A stretch of 64,000 nucleotides of DNA. It comes from Schmidtea polychroa. Taxonomy: Eukaryota. A program made the translations under genes and the position numbers. Below the pieces are notes generated by a model, which was not told the DNA's origin, searched no databases, and saw only the letters and a list, made by a program, of their open reading frames with translations. The DNA is taken from NCBI GenBank assembly GCA_044892525.1, contig CM097885.1:558001-622000 (forward strand), given 5' to 3'. Below, in pieces: positions 24,654 through 35,555 of the stretch. Numbering within the stretch: position 1 is the first letter of the stretch; the number at the start of each line of letters is the position of its first letter.

Positions 24654-25118
24654 TTATAGTAGAGATTCTAGATCATTATAAATTTCTTGAATTATAGATT
24701 CAAAATCCTGCGTATGCCCCTTTCCCTCTTCCTTATTCAATCTATACAAAACATATAAACTTAAAATACCACATATTTTAGTATTCAAAGGTTGAACTTG
24801 TAAAGAGTTAAAAGTATAACCATTTGGGGAATCAATCGGAGAACCCCTCAAGAGATAATCTTCAACTTCTTTAGTAGGTTTAATCCCAAAAGAATCAAAG
24901 TAGATAGATTTCTTATATATACAAACCCAATGAGATCCTTTTTCATTTGAATTTTGATAATTGATTATTATATTCAGGGGACTCTCCAGACTTGATAATT
25001 CATCATTCATTAATATTTTAATTTTTAAATTTAAATAATTTGCATAATCTTTTAAATCAAAATTTGTTTTTGCATTTATTCCAAATGTTTTTAAAAAATC
25101 TAATATTGAAGGAGTCAT
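24654..25118 (-). CDS. Adenain-like cysteine protease (maturation protease)
   Basis: GSHWVC, YFDSFG and QVQ...CG catalytic motifs. Confidence 0.93.
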   Translation of the reverse strand: MTPSILDFLKTFGINAKTNFDLKDYANYLNLKIKILMNDELSSLESPLNIIINYQNSNEKGSHWVCIYKKSIYFDSFGIKPTKEVEDYLLRGSPIDSPNGYTFNSLQVQPLNTKICGILSLYVLYRLNKEEGKGHTQDFESIIQEIYNDLESLL

Positions 25119-25140
25119 TTTGTATTTTAAAACTTCGTAT

Positions 25141-26022
25141 TTATAACTTCGTATACTTATTAAATTTATCTTTTGAAATTATTCCTTGTTTTAACAAATC
25201 TTTAGAAATCTTTAAAATATCAGAATCTAAATTATTATGTCCTGCTTTCCTTGCAGCTAATAGTTTTCTTAATTCAATAAAAAGATTGATGGGATTTGGT
25301 TTACCACCTTCACTAATTAATCCCTCTCCCTCTGTAACAACATAACCCTTTTCATTTTTATTTAAATAATTCTTTAAATCTTGAATATATTTTGCTTTAG
25401 AACTAGCTCTTATTAATCTTATTAAATTTAAATATTTTTTAATTTCTTCAACATCATCTGAAGAATATCCACAAAGTAATCTATAAAAATCATCTGTAAA
25501 TTCAAAGTCTAAATATTCATTATTATAAACATTTTGTGAATGAATACGTGATTTATTTTCTGAATTTGAATATAAAGTAAAGTTTTGTTTATTAATTGTT
25601 ATTATTTGATATCCTTCAGTATTAGTATTAAATGTGGGTCTAATTGAAGGAGGTAAATCATCTCTAATTTTAGGATCAACTTTAAGAGGTTTTGTTTTTA
25701 AAAACATTTCTTCTTCTTCCACATTAGAAATTCTTCTGCGTTTTCTTTGATTTCTTTCAGGATGGTTTTCACTGGATTCTTTTTCTTTATCCTGCCACTC
25801 TAGTTCTTTTATTTTTTGTTTTTTATCTTCTAACTCTTTAAATTTTGCTTGCTCATTGAAATCTTCCAACTCTTTTATAGCTTTAATTGTTGGCCCCTTT
25901 TGTTGTGTTATTACCTCATTTAATATTATAGATTCAGCATGTTGAGTTGTATCTTTTTTATTATATTTATCTTGTTCTGATTGTAATTTTTTTAAAAGTG
26001 CTAATCTTTCTTCATATACCAT
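25141..26022 (-). CDS. Polinton protein of unknown function
   Basis: 293-aa ORF; GEGL followed by P..L..EL..LLAARKAGHNN, a C-terminal pattern I recall from Polinton ORFs. Confidence 0.65.
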   Translation of the reverse strand: MVYEERLALLKKLQSEQDKYNKKDTTQHAESIILNEVITQQKGPTIKAIKELEDFNEQAKFKELEDKKQKIKELEWQDKEKESSENHPERNQRKRRRISNVEEEEMFLKTKPLKVDPKIRDDLPPSIRPTFNTNTEGYQIITINKQNFTLYSNSENKSRIHSQNVYNNEYLDFEFTDDFYRLLCGYSSDDVEEIKKYLNLIRLIRASSKAKYIQDLKNYLNKNEKGYVVTEGEGLISEGGKPNPINLFIELRKLLAARKAGHNNLDSDILKISKDLLKQGIISKDKFNKYTKL

Positions 26023-26044
26023 TTTAATGGTATCAAAAATGGTA

Positions 26045-26623
26045 TCATAGTTCGAAGGGCTTCAAGTATAATCCTTTACCATTTTTAGTTTTACAAAGGC
26101 ATCCATTCTTTAAAGATTTACATATTTTTTTTAAATCTTCTTTATCTTTTGAAGATAAAGATTCAGATGTAGAAATTTGATTTTTTAAAAAATCATTTAA
26201 ACCTCTACCTTTATAAGGATCAAGATAGAGACCTTTGCCCTGAGACTTTTGCCGACTCCCCTCATATGGATTAAGATAGAGACCCTTTCCAACGGACACT
26301 CCCCCTTTAGCTTGCCCTACCTTCTTCATTGAATCGATTTCAGTTTGTAGTTTTTCTTTTTCTAGGTCTGTCTTTTGAGATTCTTTAGCTTTTTGAACTG
26401 TAGTTGCAATTCCTCCAGCTAATCCAGCAGCACCTGATAAACCAGCAATGATTGCAGGTATTAAAGCAGCTAATGGAAGAATGCCACCTTCTTTAGCTTC
26501 GTGGAGCTTCGCTCTAACTTGTTCTTTTACATGTTTTCCAATAAAATATTTTTTACCATCAATTACTACTGATTTATTTTTATTTGAATTTATTAATTCT
26601 TGCAAAGATTCTTCAGTTGTCAT
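26045..26623 (-). CDS. Adenovirus pX-like core/membrane-active precursor
   Basis: GGILPLAALIPAIIAGLSGAAGLAGGIAT; repeated GKGLYLxP(Y/F). Confidence 0.7.
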   Translation of the reverse strand: MTTEESLQELINSNKNKSVVIDGKKYFIGKHVKEQVRAKLHEAKEGGILPLAALIPAIIAGLSGAAGLAGGIATTVQKAKESQKTDLEKEKLQTEIDSMKKVGQAKGGVSVGKGLYLNPYEGSRQKSQGKGLYLDPYKGRGLNDFLKNQISTSESLSSKDKEDLKKICKSLKNGCLCKTKNGKGLYLKPFEL

Positions 26624-26638
26624 TTTATAATAAACAAA

Positions 26639-27442
26639 ATGGATGTACGAAGTCCAATAATTTGGAAACCAATTTTAAATAGACATAAGAGTAAATTTAA
26701 TAATAAAGTATTTCCTGATAATTTTAGATTATTAATTGTTGGTTCTTCTGGATGTGGAAAGAATGTACTTGTTTTGAGAATGTTACATGAAGATGATTTT
26801 TTAGATTATAATAATTTAATCTTTTATTCTACAACCATAAATCAACCAGAATTACAACTTTTGAAATGTGGATTTGAAAATAAATTAACTAAAAAAGCAA
26901 TAATTGATATTTTTAAAAATCAACATAGGTGTCCTGAAGAAGTTTTTCAACCTTGTGATATGGTTGATTGGTATAAGGAAAAGATTTTAGAATCAGATAT
27001 TAGTAATAAAAATGATTATATTTGTGAAGAAGGGCAGGAGGCAATTCAAGTTTTATTCTCTAATAAACCTGAAGATGTTTTACATTGTGATTTACTTCCT
27101 AAAGATAAAAAGAATCTAGTTATATTTGATGATGTTGTTAATATGAAAAATCAAGAGATTCAAAAGAGTTACTTTACACGAGGTCGACATAATAATTGTA
27201 ATGTTATTTATATATCTCAAACATATTATGCTTTAGATAAAAATTCAATAAATAATTCCAATTGTTTTATATTTTTTAAATTAGATCGCCGTGATAAGAA
27301 TATGATTTATAATGATTTATTTTCAAATGTTGAACCTGATAAGAATATGTTTGATATGTTTGTTGATAATCATTGGAAAGAAAAATATAATTATATTTAT
27401 TTGGATAGAGAAGAAGCTGAAATATGGAAAAGTTTGTTTTAG
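26639..27442 (+). CDS. A32/FtsK-like genome packaging ATPase
   Basis: Walker A GSSGCGKN, Walker B LVIFDD, TRGRH, YISQTY. Confidence 0.95.
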   Translation: MDVRSPIIWKPILNRHKSKFNNKVFPDNFRLLIVGSSGCGKNVLVLRMLHEDDFLDYNNLIFYSTTINQPELQLLKCGFENKLTKKAIIDIFKNQHRCPEEVFQPCDMVDWYKEKILESDISNKNDYICEEGQEAIQVLFSNKPEDVLHCDLLPKDKKNLVIFDDVVNMKNQEIQKSYFTRGRHNNCNVIYISQTYYALDKNSINNSNCFIFFKLDRRDKNMIYNDLFSNVEPDKNMFDMFVDNHWKEKYNYIYLDREEAEIWKSLF

Positions 27443-27453
27443 GGCTTGTCGAC

Positions 27454-28262
27454 TTAAAAATCTGTTTTCTGTAGTTCATTATTATAAAATCTACCTAATA
27501 TTTTTTCATTATTTAAATCAAAGATGCTATATGTTATTGGAGTTATATAATGTATTTTATTTATAATAAAAATTTCATTTGTCCATTTTGCTGTGAATCC
27601 TTTTTCAAATTTATTTTATATTTAAATATTCTTACTCGGTCACCAATTTTAAACTTTGGTTTTTCAATAACATCATTTTCAATATTTACCACTTTAATGG
27701 TTTCAGGCTTCATAGAAGCATTTAAAGGTGTTAATTTTATAGAACTATGTACATCATTATTATATTCATTTACAATCTTTTGTAACAATTCATTGTTCCA
27801 TTTTTGTTTTCCAATAGCAGTAAAATATTTCCACATTTTATTTTTTAATGTTCTATTTAATCTTTCAACTACGACTGCTTTTCCTTCGTTTTCTGTTGAA
27901 TATAATTTAATATCATTTTCATTTAAAAACTTTGTAAAAACTTTGTTATAAAATTCTGTTCCTTTATCACACCATAAATATTTTGGGATTCTTTGATTTT
28001 CTTCAAATATATTTTCAAATGCTTCTGTAATAGAATATCCTGTTTTATTTTCTAAACATCTTGCAAAAGCAAATCTTGTATATAAATCTATTACAGTTAA
28101 AATTATTTTATATTTTTCAGGGTCTGATGATTTGGGCATAAAGACTAAATCTGCAGACCATGTTTGATCTTTTTCATGTACTTGAACTTTTAAATATTTT
28201 TTATTTTTTCTAAATTCATGGTGTAATTCCTTTGCATATTTTATTTCTGATTCTGTTGGGGT
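27454..28262 (-). CDS. Retroviral-like (rve) integrase; frameshift near 27617; no Met before the first catalytic Asp
   Basis: AKELH...WSADL, WCDKGTEF, VERLNRTLK; the shifted frame gives KFEKGFTAKWTNEIF...FYNNELQKTDF. Confidence 0.92.
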
Positions 28263-28858
28263 TTATAAACTAGTCTTGGCTGTACTCTCGAGGGATCTTT
28301 CAATCTCTGCTTGTTCGATAATCTTTTTATAAGCAACATCTTTTGCTTTCCTAGGAAGTCTTGCACCCATGGTGATCGGACTGTGTCCTAAGCCTATGAA
28401 AATCTTACCTTTCATTGCTAATTTAACTAGAGCTCTTTGAATCTTTTCTTGGGTTGATGGATTTTGGTTACTATTTAAATCATGTATTAAATTCACATCT
28501 GCAACATGTCTATCTCTAAGATTTGTTGAATTGTATGCAATGTCATGTTTTAAAGCTGCTTGATCAATTCTATTTATTGGTTCTTCTCCTTGTTTGGGAT
28601 TATTATTTTCATCTAATCTAATATCTAGACGTGTTCCTGGTCCAGTATAGTTGTGTTTAAATAAATGTCTTTCACCTGGATATTTTTCTGTAGTAAAAGG
28701 TTTTAATATTGAAGATGTTGTTTTTGAAGATTGCAAATCGCCTCCAGCTCGTGGAATTAGGTCACCTACTGTATGTTTTTTAGTTTTAAGATGATTTGCT
28801 TTATGATTACTTGACAATTACAAGTTTTACATCTCCAATAGGGTTTATTTAAAGACAT
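28263..28858 (-). CDS. Parvovirus VP1-type phospholipase A2 domain (PLA2X) with a frameshifted N-terminal C2H2 finger
   Basis: HNYTGPGTRL...PINRIDQAALKHDIAY; ATG at 28858 gives MSLNKPYWRCKTCNCQV, joining HKANHLKTKKH after a 1-nt shift. Confidence 0.88.
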
Positions 28859-28875
28859 TTTAAAATGTTAAAATA

Positions 28876-30168
28876 TTAAGAATCTCCCCTAACATTTTCA
28901 ATAATTGAAATCTTTCCACCATATAATTTCATTTCTATTTTCTTTTCTTCTAATATTAATGTATATACTTTAGCTTTAAAATTAGAATCCTTTGTTACAT
29001 GAAGTGTAACATCAACATTATTTATGGCTAGGCGATCATCTTGGTCTGATACATTTTTACAAAATATAGAATATAAATTTTTGAAATCTTCTAAACTTAA
29101 TTGCGGTTCAACTTTGAAATCATAACATGTTTCAATATAATTTAGATATGGGAATATGTTTTCATTATTTTCAATATTAAATTCCATTCTATTTATTGGA
29201 TAATAAGAACTATTTAATTGAATTTGGATTGTTTTTAAATTATCATCTCCAATCTTTTGAATAAATAGATTGTTATTTTTTTGGAAAGATGAATCTGTTT
29301 CTTTGAATCCAATCAAGATATATCTTGGTCGGTATGCTAAATTTGCTACCTTTATAGAATATGTTGAACCCTCTGTCATACTAAATTCACTACAGATTCT
29401 ATTTAAATAATTTACATTTATAGACTTGTTGGAATTTAATCTTTCAAGGAGTTTAATCTCAGAATGTGGGTTTAATGTCCATTCAGGTATATGTAATTCA
29501 AGTGTTGATAATTTTAATTTAGCTTTTGTATCTACAGCTCCATAGAACAATCTTTTATCACCTTCTACTCTATTACAGATGAATTCTATAAAAACATTAT
29601 GAAGTATACGATTATAGTTTTGAAGGAATCCAAACAAGTGTTTTAATTCAAAATAACCTTCAAATGTTTTAGATTTATAAAGTTCAGCTCTTTTATGGTA
29701 ACCATGGTTTACATCTAAACCATCTTTATCTAAATCCCCTTTATTAACATCAGGAATCCAACCTGTTAATTCACCATATTCGTTTTTATAATCACAACCA
29801 GTCAAAATAAAATTTAACATTGTAGAATATACTCCCGGATGCAAAACAGTTTCAATTTCTGATGATCCTAGTTTTAATCTCATGTTGGAGAATAAATTTG
29901 GAAAGAAATTATTTTCTAGGGTTATATCTTTGTTTGCTTCAATTTCTAATTCTACTTTGTAATATAATTTGGCATTACAAATATCTATTGGGTTTGATGT
30001 TTGAAGAGATTGAAAAACTATATCACCCCTACGATTTAAGTTTGCAATAGATCCTGAAGTTGGCGAGATTTTTAAAATATCATTTTTTTTAATTTCATGA
30101 GTAAATTCTTTATTATAATCAAGATTTAATTTATTTTTTTCTTGAATTTTAAGATTTATATTATTCAT
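28876..30168 (-). CDS. Major capsid protein (double jelly-roll, hexon-like), ~430 aa
   Basis: Size, beta-rich pattern, NNFFPNLFS.MRL.LG..EIE, LKHLFGF..Y, RPRYILIGF and QLNSSYYP motifs; position in the element. Confidence 0.88.
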   Translation of the reverse strand: MNNINLKIQEKNKLNLDYNKEFTHEIKKNDILKISPTSGSIANLNRRGDIVFQSLQTSNPIDICNAKLYYKVELEIEANKDITLENNFFPNLFSNMRLKLGSSEIETVLHPGVYSTMLNFILTGCDYKNEYGELTGWIPDVNKGDLDKDGLDVNHGYHKRAELYKSKTFEGYFELKHLFGFLQNYNRILHNVFIEFICNRVEGDKRLFYGAVDTKAKLKLSTLELHIPEWTLNPHSEIKLLERLNSNKSINVNYLNRICSEFSMTEGSTYSIKVANLAYRPRYILIGFKETDSSFQKNNNLFIQKIGDDNLKTIQIQLNSSYYPINRMEFNIENNENIFPYLNYIETCYDFKVEPQLSLEDFKNLYSIFCKNVSDQDDRLAINNVDVTLHVTKDSNFKAKVYTLILEEKKIEMKLYGGKISIIENVRGDS

Positions 30169-30254
30169 TTTTATATATAAAAGTTGATAAAAATAAAATT
30201 TGAAAAATAAAAATAAAAATAAAAGGGAATTCATTAAAAAAATAATTTATAAAA

Positions 30255-30476
30255 ATGATTGACTTTATTGAAAGAATGACAAATGAATTGAATGAAGTTA
30301 AACTTAAGAGAATAAAAAGAAGAGAAGAAGAACCATTAGAATACATTAAAGAGTTGGTGGTAGAGAATGAAAAGTATCGACATTTTTACATGAATGCAGT
30401 AGAAGTAGCTGAGAAAAGATTAGATAAAATAAAACAATTACAGGAAAGAATAAAAGAACTTGAATCGATTATTTAA
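30255..30476 (+). CDS. Small coiled-coil protein abutting the right TIR
   Basis: 73-aa E/K/R-rich heptad pattern. Confidence 0.55.
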   Translation: MIDFIERMTNELNEVKLKRIKRREEEPLEYIKELVVENEKYRHFYMNAVEVAEKRLDKIKQLQERIKELESII

Positions 30477-31416
30477 AAAAATGACAAAAAATCCAAACCT
30501 TGATAGTAGTGGGCTAGACTGACACAGTGGTTCAAAATGCTAGCGGTTCAAATCACATCTGAGGTTAGTTTTTTTTTCAACATAAAATAATATTAAAAAT
30601 TTGAAAATAATATTGAAAATAGTGTGGGTATCTTATATTTATAAAGTACTTGTATATTTTATTTTATTTATTTTATTTTATTTTATTTTTTTATTAATTA
30701 ATTATTTTTTAAACATAAATATGAAAAAAAAATATTGAAACGGGTGATGGTGGCGAACCGGTAATTATCGCCACCTGTCTTTCGAACACCCCCGGATCGA
30801 TTCCGGTAATGTGCACATTTATTTCTCAGTTGTTTTCGGACCTCTTTCGGATTCGCTTTCGAATTCATTTGTACTTTCGAGCAGCACACTTAAAACGCCG
30901 ATGAAATCGTATTCGAGCGAGAAGCGAATAATAAGGTGTGCTGCTATTATCGGATTGATTCTGATGTATGAGTCTGGCCAGCTTGTATATTGGAAGAGAT
31001 TCGATAAACGAAAGAGGTTGATAAATAAAAAAAATGATCCGGATCAAAAAAAACTGTTGAGGTGACAGTGAAAAAAAAAAAAAAAAAATACCACTGTCCC
31101 CTCAGAGCAGTTTTACTATTTTTCATTTATTTCTTAATTTATATAATTTAAAATCAATAATCTGATAAAGATCAAATAGCCCTCTAACTTTTTCATAATG
31201 CCATTTTTTTTTCTATTCTCTTTTTAGTTTGAAGCTTTTGAGTTTGAGGCTTTAAAGATTAAAACAGTTAGAGTCATTAAGGGTGGTTGTTTTCAAAATA
31301 TAGGGTTAAAATACTATAAAAGTATAAGTTTTAGGTTGTTTTTCTAATAGCTTAAGTGATTTGGAGGCATGTTTTGTTAGGAGGGCTGTTTTGGTTGGGT
31401 ATATAACCACACTACT
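30472..31416 (-). repeat. Right TIR of Polinton A
   Basis: Reverse complement of the left TIR, ending ACCACACTACT. Confidence 0.96.
30497..30577 (+). ncRNA. Right-TIR copy of the Pol III-like unit with an altered A box
   Basis: TAGTAGTGG replaces TGGCGCAGTGG; B box and T9 run intact. Confidence 0.4.
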
Positions 31417-31422
31417 TTTATT

Positions 31423-31868
31423 TTATGATAATTACTAATTAAAATTTTATTCAAATTGAAATATTATTGTTACAATTTACACTCTTGTTAGAATATATTA
31501 AATGTAAATGTAAAATAATAACAATAAAAAAAAATAATAATAATAAATAAAAAAATTAAATAAAAAAATTTAAATTAAAAAAAATAATAATAATTAGTTA
31601 AATAATTAATTAAAAATTAATTAAAAATTAAATAAAAAAAATCATTTAAATAACGTAAGTAATTAAAATAAAATATTAATAATTAATTAATTAATTAAAT
31701 GTAATAAATTGAAAATTAACTAAAGTAATTAAATAAAACAAAAAACATAATAAAATAATTACTTAATAAATTTAAAAAAAAAATTAAATAAAATGATTCG
31801 ATTGACCTATATTTGATCTGGACATTGGGATGACTTGAAAGTGTTCTGGAGTCCTCACTATATACTAC
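31423..31868 (+). repeat. Remainder of the family-B terminal repeat interrupted by Polinton A
   Basis: Continues the empty-site sequence; ends GTCCTCACTATATACTAC. Confidence 0.85.
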
Positions 31869-33310
31869 AACAGTTTATACGGTAAAACTGTGGAAAACTT
31901 GAAGAAACGTATAAATTTGAGATTATGCAACAAAAGCAAAAGATTTATAACTTATTGTAGTCATCCTATGTTTCGTCGTAGCATCAAGATTGCGGATGAT
32001 CTCATTGCTGTTATACTCAATAAGGAATATGTGTGCTTAGATAGACCAATGTATATTGGACAAACCATACTTGATTTATCCAAACTTCGCATGTACCAAT
32101 TTCAATATAAAGAGCTACTGAGTTATAGAGAAGAATTCAATTGTCAAATTAATATCGTAGCCGGTGACACAGATTCCTTCTTTTTAGAGTGTAAAAATGT
32201 AGATTTACGCCTACAACTGTATCCAAAAACGATTGAAGATGGGCTCTTAGATACTTCAAATTATCCAGTGACCGATCCGTTGTTCTCTGATGAAATTTGT
32301 TCTGTAATCGGGAAAGTTAAGGATGAGAATAAAGGAAATCAATATAAAGAATGGGTGTTTCTTCGACCCAAGTGCTACTCACTCCAAGGCGATAAAAACA
32401 CTCTAAAAGCCAAAGGAATAAGACTTACAAACTCTAATCTTACACATGAAGCCTATAAAAAGTGTATACTGATGGTGGAACAGTGAGTATCCCACAAAAA
32501 AGAATAGGAAGTGTCAATCATCAGTTGTATACTTTCATGACAGAAAAACGAGCTCTCCAATGTTTGGACGATAAAAGGTATTGGTACAATTGTAATGAAA
32601 GCTATGCCTACGGTCACTATAAGATTCGTCAAATGCATATTGCAACTGCTATGTCTAGAAATGAATGCAAATCGAAACAAGGACTTTAACAATTAAATTT
32701 ATGTGAATAATAAAATATATATTGTGAATTATTTGACTTCGTTAATTAAAATATGTTTTATCATTTAATAATTCATTTGTCCAATTAATTTAGATAATTA
32801 GTTTTAAGTAAGAATTATTATTTATCATGAAAAACTTTGCTTTGTTTTGAAAAATTAATGCCCATTTTATTTTAAATTAACACAGCTTTATTTTATGATT
32901 ATTACTAATTAAAATTTTATTCAAATTGAAATATTATTGTTACAATTTACACTCTTGTTAGAATATATTAAATGTAAATGTAAAATAATAACAATAAAAA
33001 AAAATAATAATAATTATAAATAAATAAAAATTAAATTAAAAAAAAATTAATTAAATAACGTAAGTAATTAAAATAAAATATTAATAAATAATTAATTAAT
33101 TAAATGTAATAAATTGAAAATTAACTAAAGTAATTAATTAAAACAAAAAACATAATAAAATAATTAATTAATAAATTTAAAAAAAAAATTAAATAGAAAA
33201 AATTAAATAAATTTAAAAAAAAATAAATAGAAATGATTCTATTGACCTATATTTGATCTGGACATTGGGATGACCTTGAAAGTGTCCTGGAGTCCTCACT
33301 ATATACTACT
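31869..33310 (+). mobile_element. polB: Family-B element right end: pPolB 3' part (31869-32689, one frameshift) plus terminal repeat ending ACTACT
   Basis: NSLYGKTVENL, GDTDS, RPKCY, DDKR motifs; terminus CTCACTATATACTACT at 33310. Confidence 0.88.
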
Positions 33311-34560
33311 AATTATAATCATAATTTTCTTTAATTTAACCCTTTATTTAATTAATTTAGCCCTTGTTTACCGAATATAGAAGTTTAAAATATAGACCAT
33401 TGATTACTTTAATTTAAAAATGTATCCCTTAATATACATAATTTCCATCTAAAATTATTTCAAAAAAATTTTTTTTCTAAAATTGTCATTGAAAAATATT
33501 TCATAAAAGTTTTCATTTAAAATTTTCATTGAAAAATATTTCATAAAAATTTTTTTTAAAAATTATCTTAAAAATTATTCCATAAAAATTTCCATCTAAA
33601 ATTACTTAAAAAATTATTTCATAAAAATTTTCATTAAAAAATTTCAATTCTCAAACACCTTCTATTATTTTGTTAATAATTTTAAAATACCGCAATGTAA
33701 TATATTAATTTTTTCCTAACCTTCCTTGATTTTGATTGGTTAGAATTTGTTCCTATAAACAATAATAATCTATAAACAATAATCAATCATTAGTCACATT
33801 TAACAAATAATTAACCTTTAAAAATGAATTCTTTAATAGAAAACGTTATGAATGTTCGAGAAAAAATTCAGGAATTTGGTAAATTTTAATTTATTTATTA
33901 ATTAATTTATTAATTAATTTAGATAATATTAATGAAGACAATTTAAAATCGAAGATTAAAGGAAATTTGAAAAGAAAAAGTAAACATAATTTTTAATTTA
34001 TTTATTTAATTAATTAATAATTTAGGTAATACGAATAAAGAGAAAAAATATGTCAATGTGTCAATAAATCGAAATGAAAATTTACAATGTAAGTATTGAT
34101 TACTTTTTATAATTTAAAGGAAATTTAATATAATTTTTTATTTAAGTAAATGTTAATATTTTTAATTTAGTAAATTTTTATTTTTTAGTAAATAAAATTT
34201 GTAAAATAATAATAATTTGCAAATTTTTGCGTAAACATTTATTAAAATCTTTCATTTAAATTATATATTTTTATTAAATTTTTATTTTATAGGTATACTT
34301 TATCCAAATTATTGTTCATCGAAAAAACATAATAATAATTGCCATTCTATAATGGAGAATTATTACACGAAAAAATATTATAATAAAACTTATTTTATAT
34401 GTCCCGTTTGTAAGACTAGTGACCCTGTAACATGTAGCGTTTTTTATAATAAACATAAAAATCATTTAGATAGGTTTAATTTTAAAAAAGATAGTGTTTT
34501 TAAAAGACCCTCAACTATAGAAAAAAATAATACAAAAAAATTAAATTAGATACTTCTTTT

Positions 34561-34805
34561 GAATCCCAGGTCGGATTAGAGGTTGAATCCCAGGCTGGAT
34601 TGTCTTTTGTTGAATTCCAGGTCGGATTGTCTTTTGTTGAATCCAATGATGGATTGGTTGTTGAATCCCAGGTCGGATTGCCTTTTGTTGAATCCAATGA
34701 TGGATTGGTTGTTGAATCCCAGGTCGGATTGCCTTTTGTTGAATCCAATGATGGATTGGTTGTTGAATCCCAGGTCGGATTGGTTGTTGAATCCAATGAT
34801 GGATT
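34561..34805 (+). repeat. 51-bp coding tandem repeat (VESQVGLPFVESNDGLV)
   Basis: CAGGTCGGATT recurs every 51 bp; fewer units in the copy at ~62325-62495. Confidence 0.9.
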
Positions 34806-35555
34806 ATTCACTTCCTTTGATTCTTGGGATGGATTAAATATAATACAAATAGGTGGAAATGTATCGACAGTACAAAGAGATTTAAGAGGTACCCATCAAA
34901 TATTAAGTTTAAATACTAGCGACTTAAATATAAAAGAAATAATATTTCCTGAACAACCAATAATAAAATTACGAGATATTATTAACGAATTAGGATCCGT
35001 CAAAATTCAATTCGGAATAACAATCGAATTTGAAAAAGACGGGTAAATAAAGGTTAATAATATCTCCAATTACGCAAAACCTTTAACTGCATCATTTTTT
35101 GATCAAGGCATTAAGGAACTAAATGAGAAAATAACTAATATTACAAAGTTAGGAAGCAATTGGATTATAAAAAATATAACAGAAATCCACTTCACTATAA
35201 CAAAAATAAGTTGGTTAAGTAGATTAAGTGGTATGAGTTTCATTGAAACACCTACTTATCTAAAAAATAAATATTGTTTAATTAATATAAGAAACACTGA
35301 TGATTCATGTTTTTATATAGCATTTTAGCTATTTTAAAATATGATGAAGTTAGTAGTTATGCTAGAAATAGGACATCGAGTTATAATTTATCCGACTTAG
35401 TATATAACCCGTTAGAATTACCTATGAAATTAAAAGACATTAGGAAATTTGAATCTAAAAATTCGGGTTTAATAATTAATGTTTTTTCATATGATACTAG
35501 CAAACAATTAACTGATAATTATGTATTAAAACATCCACATTTAGATATTATACAT

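Larger units (their letters stand above)
14358..31416 (+). mobile_element. Complete Polinton/Maverick (adintovirus-like endogenous virus, family A), 17,059 bp
   Basis: AGTAGT start, ACTACT end, ~940-bp TIRs, TTTATT TSD at 14352-14357 and 31417-31422, empty sites near 32887 and 58237, full core gene set. Confidence 0.98.
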
